Shown: positions 60,099 through 64,000 of the stretch, piece after piece | How positions within the stretch are numbered: the first letter of the stretch is position 1 | Layout of the letters: the number at the start of each line of letters is the position of its first letter | Origin: a bacterium | Lineage (GTDB): Bacteria; UBA8248 | Assembly: GCA_965202625.1 (NCBI GenBank) | Contig: CBDBBI010000010.1 | Location: forward strand, 736,001-800,000 | Length of the DNA: 64,000 bases | Reading direction: 5' to 3' | Made by a program: the position numbers and the translations under genes | Notes under the pieces: generated by a model | The model's database searches: none | Told to the model about the DNA's origin: nothing | What the model saw: the letters and a program-made list of their open reading frames with translations, nothing else

Positions 60099-63080
60099 TC
60101 AGGACACCTCTACCGGCTCTTCTCCCGGAATCTCACTTACCAAGACCTGTCTTCGCTTCACGCCATCGGCTGGACCTATGATTCCCTCTTGTTCCATACG
60201 CTCAATGATGCGCGCTGCCCTGTTATACCCAATACGCAAATGTCTCTGAATGAGGGAGATGGACGCTTCGCGCGTTCTGGATACAAGCGCAATCGCATCG
60301 TCATACCTCTCATCATACTCTTCATCATTCGATTCGCTTGAAGACGCGCTCTCCTCTTCCACAAACCAACTATCATGAAATACCGCTGCCCCTTGAGATT
60401 TCCAGTGTCCGACCAATTGCGAAATCTCATTATCCGAAACGTATGCTCCGTGAATACGAACCGGGATATTCGAACCAGGCGGCACGAAAAGCATATCGCC
60501 TTTGCCCAAAAGGCGTTCCGCCCCGTTTGCGTCCAAAATCGTTCGTGAGTCCGTCCTCGTAGCGACGCGGAGCGCCATTCTCGAGGGAAAATTCGCTTTT
60601 ATAAGACCTGTAAGAACATCCACCGAAGGACGTTGAGTCGCCACTAGCAAATGGATGCCAGAAGCGCGAGCCATTTGGGCCAACCTCGTCATCGATTCTT
60701 CCACTTCACGTCGCGCGACCATCATCAAATCCGCCAATTCGTCAATTACTACAACGATATATGGAAGAAAATCGAGTGATGCGTCGCCCTCCGATAGAGG
60801 CTCCTTTAATCTTCGCTTCGTCTCTTGCTCGCCCAATCGCCGCGCTATCGATTCATTGTAACTCTGAATGTTCCTCACCCCCGCCTCGCTCATTACTTTA
60901 TAGCGCTGCTCCATCTCCGCCAGGACGCCCCTTAGACCGGCGGCGGCTTTTTTGGGTTCAGTCACCACGGGCACGAGCTGATGAGGAATGCCTTCATATA
61001 TCGATAGCTCCAGCATTTTGGGGTCGATCATCAAAAAGCGAACCTCTCTTGGCGTACATCTTGACAAGAGGCTACAAATCATCATGTTCAGAGCAACGCT
61101 TTTCCCTGAACCAGTTGTTCCCGCGATGAGAAGATGCGGAATTTTAGCCAAATCCGTAAACGCCGTTCTCCCTAAAATGTCCTTGCCCAAACCCATGGTC
61201 AATTTCGCTTCCGCCTTTTTGAACTCCTTTGATGCCAACACTTCTTTCGCAAATACTGCATCGCGTTCGATGTTGGGAACCTCAATGCCTACGACTGGTT
61301 TTCCTGGTATTGGAGCAACTATGCGAACGCTAAGAGCGGACAGGGCACGGGCAAGATCATCTGCGAGGCCAGAGATTTTAGAGACCTTCACTCCTGGGGC
61401 GGGGTCATACTCGAAAATGGTAATGACTGGACCGGTTTTTACCTCCTTGACTTTTCCAACGACGCCAAATTCTTTTAGCGTTTGTTCAAGAAGCAGTGAT
61501 TTTTCACGTATGCCTGCTTCGTCAACTACCCGCCCTCGAGGGGGCGGATCCGCAAAAATATCCAACGAAGGCAGCATATATTCTTTATTCGATTTAGTGA
61601 TTCGCTTGTCCTTTTTGGGGGATTCCGCCCGTGCGTTGGATTGAACCAAGGAATTGTCCTCAAGCCTGACAGTCTGTGATTCTCTCTCATCTCCCGCGTG
61701 TCGGACTTTCACGTCCACAGCTGGTGCTTCGATCTCTGTTGAATGTTTAGCATCCGTTGACATCGAATCGAGAAACGACTCAGACCGCTTCTCTCCCGTG
61801 AAAGTCTTCTCCCCCGCTTGGAGCAAAAAATAATCATCGTCATCCATACTTTTTTTCTTCCAAATCCGTAATCCTACAGTCGCCGACTTCCTTTGAGTCT
61901 CCCCTTCGTCCCTTTCAGGAGTGATATTTTCTTCTCTTTCCGCAGTTGTAACAATTGGGGACAAGCTCTCATTTTTTTTATCGCCAACAGGCCATGAAGC
62001 ATCATCTTTCTGAAGACAGGCTTTACCCTCAGAACTCGCCACAGGTTCAGGCAAAATACTCGGGGTATTTTTAGGAGAAATCAATTCATCCTCCGCTGCG
62101 GGCCCGCACAACGCCAGCAATTTCCGCGCCGAAAATTTTCCGCCACCAAAAAACGAGGGCCCATTTTCCACCAAAAAGCGAGAATGGCGCCCGCCATTTT
62201 CTTGAATCTTCTCTTGACTCGAAAAAGACATATCATCCGGCTCCGCAATTAATTCGCCAATATCGGTTTGTAGGGAGTTCGGCGTGCTATTCGAGCCATT
62301 CTGCTCGTCATCCGATTCATGCGGATAGAAACGTCTCCTCTCCTCATCCCCATAGCTGGCCGCCGGCTCACCACGTGATTCCCGCATGCTCGGACGCGAA
62401 AAAAAATTCGTGGGCAGAGAAACCGATTTTTTAGCGGTGGATACAACCCATCCGGCCATTCGTCGGGCAACCTTTCTCAAGATCATAAATAAGCGAGACA
62501 AAAACCACACATGCGCATTCGCAAACCTAGAAATCGCTTTTTTGACGGAGAAACCAGTCGTGGCAACAAAAGCAGTCAAAAAAACAAAACTAAGCGTCAC
62601 CCAGCTTCCCGGGCTGCCCAAGTATTCATCCAACAACGTCACGACGCCATAGCCAATAAGTCCACCGGGCAATATCGTCGCACCAAAAAGGGGGTCAATC
62701 TCAAATGTCTTAAAAAGCAGCCCCGACGCACTCAGAAGCAAAACCAAACCCAGCAACTCCCGCCAACCTAGTCGCCACGACCGCAAACCTGCGAATGTAG
62801 TGACACCCCAAACAATCAAACCAAGGGGTATCAAAGCTGAGAAGGCACCAAATATCTGAACCATTGCGCCGGCAACGTAGGCGCCCACGGCTCCCCCATA
62901 ATTTTGAATCAACCACTGTTTATTGACATATGAGCCCCAAGCCGGGTCGCCAGGATCAAAAGTCCACAGCGCCATCGCCAGAAAAACGCCAAAGCCGATC
63001 AGGAATAGACCAACGATTTCGTGGGTTCTCTCAGAAAATGAGCAAGATTCGGATTGGGTCCCCGAGTGACGGACAGGCAT
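60099..63080 (-). CDS. ftsK: DNA translocase FtsK
   Basis: 4TM N-terminus, long linker, PHLLIAGTTGSGKS, IDELADLM, ATQRPSVDV, gamma domain QRHLRIGYNRAARI. Confidence 0.96.
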   Translation of the reverse strand: MPVRHSGTQSESCSFSERTHEIVGLFLIGFGVFLAMALWTFDPGDPAWGSYVNKQWLIQNYGGAVGAYVAGAMVQIFGAFSALIPLGLIVWGVTTFAGLRSWRLGWRELLGLVLLLSASGLLFKTFEIDPLFGATILPGGLIGYGVVTLLDEYLGSPGSWVTLSFVFLTAFVATTGFSVKKAISRFANAHVWFLSRLFMILRKVARRMAGWVVSTAKKSVSLPTNFFSRPSMRESRGEPAASYGDEERRRFYPHESDDEQNGSNSTPNSLQTDIGELIAEPDDMSFSSQEKIQENGGRHSRFLVENGPSFFGGGKFSARKLLALCGPAAEDELISPKNTPSILPEPVASSEGKACLQKDDASWPVGDKKNESLSPIVTTAEREENITPERDEGETQRKSATVGLRIWKKKSMDDDDYFLLQAGEKTFTGEKRSESFLDSMSTDAKHSTEIEAPAVDVKVRHAGDERESQTVRLEDNSLVQSNARAESPKKDKRITKSNKEYMLPSLDIFADPPPRGRVVDEAGIREKSLLLEQTLKEFGVVGKVKEVKTGPVITIFEYDPAPGVKVSKISGLADDLARALSALSVRIVAPIPGKPVVGIEVPNIERDAVFAKEVLASKEFKKAEAKLTMGLGKDILGRTAFTDLAKIPHLLIAGTTGSGKSVALNMMICSLLSRCTPREVRFLMIDPKMLELSIYEGIPHQLVPVVTEPKKAAAGLRGVLAEMEQRYKVMSEAGVRNIQSYNESIARRLGEQETKRRLKEPLSEGDASLDFLPYIVVVIDELADLMMVARREVEESMTRLAQMARASGIHLLVATQRPSVDVLTGLIKANFPSRMALRVATRTDSRTILDANGAERLLGKGDMLFVPPGSNIPVRIHGAYVSDNEISQLVGHWKSQGAAVFHDSWFVEEESASSSESNDEEYDERYDDAIALVSRTREASISLIQRHLRIGYNRAARIIERMEQEGIIGPADGVKRRQVLVSEIPGEEPVEVS

Positions 63081-63236
63081 ATATACAACCTCATTATCCC
63101 ACCAAAAACTCTGATTAGGATACACATCCTCGGGCAGAGGGAACCTAGAAACATTATCAAATTCTCTCAGGAAGGGCAAGAAAAATTTGAGGTTGTAGAA
63201 TTAGGTATCATCAATTCCTATAGGTTTGCCTCTCTC

Positions 63237-63288
63237 CTGGTGCCCAGCCCCAAGTCGGATGAGCCTAAAATTTGGGGCTGGGCACCAG
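63237..63288. repeat. Perfect 17-bp inverted repeat with an 18-nt loop
   Basis: CTGGTGCCCAGCCCCAA ... TTGGGGCTGGGCACCAG. Confidence 0.85.
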
Positions 63289-63608
63289 TTAGCGTCTAAA
63301 TGAGCGTGGATTTTCCCTTACCAGTTGGTCTATCATTTCTTTAAGCTCTTCGGCGGCTGCTTTTTGAAACGCTATCATCACTTCTATTGATGGTCTTTTA
63401 AGAATTATCCTTCCTGGATAGCTCCTCAGATATTCTTGTGCTTTTCCAACTAGAGTTTCTGAGTTGTTCCACTATTTCTAAACTCTTCAGTTGTATTGAG
63501 AATCGGAAAGCGACCTACAATAAAGTAAGTCTCATAAATAGCCGACTCAGATTTCCTGTCCGGGATTCAAGCAGAGTGAGGTGGTCTACGACCATGAACG
63601 ATCTCATT

Positions 63609-63670
63609 TGGCGCCCAGTCCCCAAGCCGAATGAGTTAATTTGATAAATCTAAAGGGCTAGGGCGTCTAG
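63609..63670. repeat. Degenerate second copy of the 63237 hairpin element
   Basis: TGGCGCCCAGTCCCCAAGCCGAATGAG versus TGGTGCCCAG-CCCCAAGTCGGATGAG. Confidence 0.6.
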
Positions 63671-63810
63671 ATATTTGGGCTTAGGCTGATCCTAAGCTTC
63701 AGGTTGAGGTTCGGGCTCGGGCTCACGCTGAGGAACGTCTGGTTCCTCTTCAAGCAGGTGAATCAACTCCATTTTAGCACCTATTATGACGGATAACATC
63801 CACTCGTATG

Positions 63811-63999
63811 TCAAAGATTCTCGGTCTTTTCGTGCTTCTTTAGAAATACGAGGACGCTTACCTTTCTTTCTCTAACCCATTCATCCCTCCAGTCCTTGAG
63901 TCTTACAGAAGCTGGAAGAGCATTAAATCTTTCCTTTGCTCTCTCGAGAGCACGTTTTCCAGACTCGCATGAGTCCATACCGTTCATATAGTCATCACG
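63811..63999 (-). CDS. 3' end of an unidentified ORF entering from the right edge (possibly frameshifted)
   Basis: 63 codons open from the edge to the stop (RDDYMNG..DWRDEWVRERK..); no recognisable motif. Confidence 0.35.
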   Translation of the reverse strand, partial: RDDYMNGMDSCESGKRALERAKERFNALPASVRLKDWRDEWVRERKVSVLVFLKKHEKTENL

Positions 64000-64000
64000 G

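Noticed and set aside
63237-63295. Integron attC site
   Set aside because: GTTAGCG lies on one side, but there is no matching RYYYAAC on the other and no extrahelical bases; no integrase in view.
63872-63880. ATG-GGT-TAG after GGAGG as amber (pyrrolysine) read-through
   Set aside because: No pyl context and no family match; a frameshifted remnant explains it equally well.
60099-64000. dif site near ftsK
   Set aside because: No XerC/XerD 11-6-11 consensus seen.

Overview
Bacterial genomic DNA with about 50 genes and no rRNA, tRNA, CRISPR array or intact mobile element that I can recognise. The left part (1-22.5 kb) is GC-rich accessory catabolism: a truncated xanthine-dehydrogenase-family Mo subunit, SDRs, a two-domain rhodanese, an ABC importer, a cupin, a luciferase-like monooxygenase, a TAXI-TRAP transporter, and a run of TIM-barrel, Tm-1-like, flavoprotein, UbiX, FdrA and amidase genes. 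The middle holds a MoxR/DUF58/vWA(BatA)/DUF4175/DUF4159 operon with a TPR metallopeptidase, two EamA exporters, two pseudogenes, an AOR, an acyl-CoA dehydrogenase and LutA/LutBC. The right part is visibly lower in GC and carries core genes: glnB-glnD-glnA, an ispH-ubiA fusion, trxA and ftsK. The strongest hidden signal is two genes that the ORF track truncates at an in-frame TGA sitting exactly at the catalytic Cys position. One is the rhodanese (Y-TGA-QTGYR, TGA at 2431) and the other is an AhpD/CMD protein (C-E-I-TGA-T-N-H, TGA at 41206-41208). In both, the frame continues in family-typical sequence and a SECIS-like hairpin follows, so both are probably selenoproteins. All product calls come from motif recognition by eye; no database search was run. 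The gene content suggests a Nitrospinota/Tectomicrobia/deltaproteobacteria-like lineage, which is inference only.
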